Both the position numbers and the translations under genes were made by a program. A DNA stretch of 64,000 nucleotides from Podarcis bocagei (Eukaryota), in assembly GCA_964188305.1 (NCBI GenBank), contig OZ076892.1, one strand, 5' to 3'. How positions within the stretch are numbered: the stretch's first letter is position 1; every line of letters begins with the position of its first letter. This document shows, piece after piece, positions 62,811 to 64,000 of the stretch. A model generated the notes under the pieces. The model ran no database searches. It was not told where the DNA came from and worked only from the letters and a program-made list of their open reading frames with translations.

Positions 62811-64000
62811 CTGGCAGGCTAGACTGATGTCGGCGCAGCCTGAGCATCAAGAGCCAGCAGCCTCCTTGTCCACTTGTTCCTTCCCTGGAATAAATGGCCC
62901 TTAACAGCATTTCCCATCCTATTCCCAGGTGATTCGAGAGTGATGAGAAGTGAATGGCCCTTTCAAAGTCTTTCTTGCTGCAAAATGAGCCTCTTAGGTT
63001 CAGTTTAGTGCACTTCTTTTTGGCTGTAATCGTTTCGGCTGCCATTGCCAAGCTGATCTCTGAACTGAGCCCCTGGTGGCACCCCCTTCAGGGAAGGCCA
63101 ACTGTTTCCCTCAAGCAGAACTTACAAAGGAGGCTTAAGAATAGAGCTGGCAGGGAAATTTTGCTGACAGAAAGCAGCCGAGGCAAAGTTGGAGGTTCCT
63201 GCTGGAGAGGAACATCTCAGGAGAATTTTGCAGTCATGGAAAGGACTCAGTAAGACCAGTGTGTGGTGTTTCTCAAGGGTTTCCCAAGCATTTCAGCTTG
63301 GGACACATGGAAAACACTGAGATCTTGGAATGAGATCCCACCATGAATTTCACCTAGGGAAGTTTCAAGGCAATTTGGGAATTGGGGTGGGCTCTGGGGG
63401 GCCTTCTCAGGTGCAGCCCAACCATAAGAGTGAGTGAGTGAGAGAGAATTGATGAATGGTGGATTAATGAATGAGAGAGAGGGGAGAATAAAGGCTAGAG
63501 CCATCTAGCCTTTGCATTTCCAGAGATGGCTAGGAGCCCTGGAGAGCTTTTGACAGTTAGTGTAGGCAATGCTGTGCTACAGACCAATGGTCTGACTCAG
63601 TATGAGGCAGCTTCCTAAGCTCCTATGAGAGGGCTGGTGGCAAAAATCACTGAGCAGCAGAAGACTTTAGAATCAGATGCCATCCCGCACATTCATTGAA
63701 TCATAATTATTCCCATTCATATTTCAAGGGCAGGTGTCCAGATTTGTAAAAGGGCTGGGACATCTTTTTTGCTTCTAGAGTGGGATGTCCCCTGGCCAAC
63801 CCTTCAGGGGCTGCATGGCCCAAACCAGGTAGGATATATCTGCCATCTGATGCTGCACCACAACACTTAAAATCTCAGAGGGGACTGTTTCTATGACTCC
63901 TCCCAGTTTCCTTGTTTTGTTGGGACATGACTCAGTTTATTCAGTGACTGTTCCAGATACCTAGACTTCTGTTGTTTTTCCTTTGATTCAACTCCCCTCA

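Noticed and set aside
1-64000. Remaining 60-170-aa ORFs in the six-frame track
   Set aside because: No recognisable domains; many have non-ATG starts or overlap repeats and microsatellites; they look like chance ORFs.

Overview
Repeat-rich, essentially non-coding vertebrate DNA. It is almost certainly from a squamate and probably a lacertid lizard, judged from Sauria SINEs with (ACCTTT)n tails, a Squam3-type SINE with a (CTT)n tail, and CR1, BovB, RTE, L2 and L1 relics. I find no intact host protein-coding gene. The long ORFs are LINE 3' fragments, microsatellite read-through, or artefacts of a 90-bp GC-rich tandem array. The unique AT-rich stretches between repeats resemble conserved non-coding elements of a large intron or gene desert (inference only). 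Two structures stand out. (1) An 859-bp minus-strand insertion (52995-53853) bounded by a 15-bp target-site duplication joins an intronless TRIM (RFP/TRIM39-like) cDNA fragment to an unexplained linker and an L1 3' end, i.e. a chimeric retrocopy. (2) A 1036-bp Tc1/mariner-type non-autonomous transposon (49074-50109) sits at a TA inside a young CR1 and is filled with CpG-rich hairpins. Neither is demonstrably a new biological system from sequence alone. Family names were assigned by recognition, without database searches.
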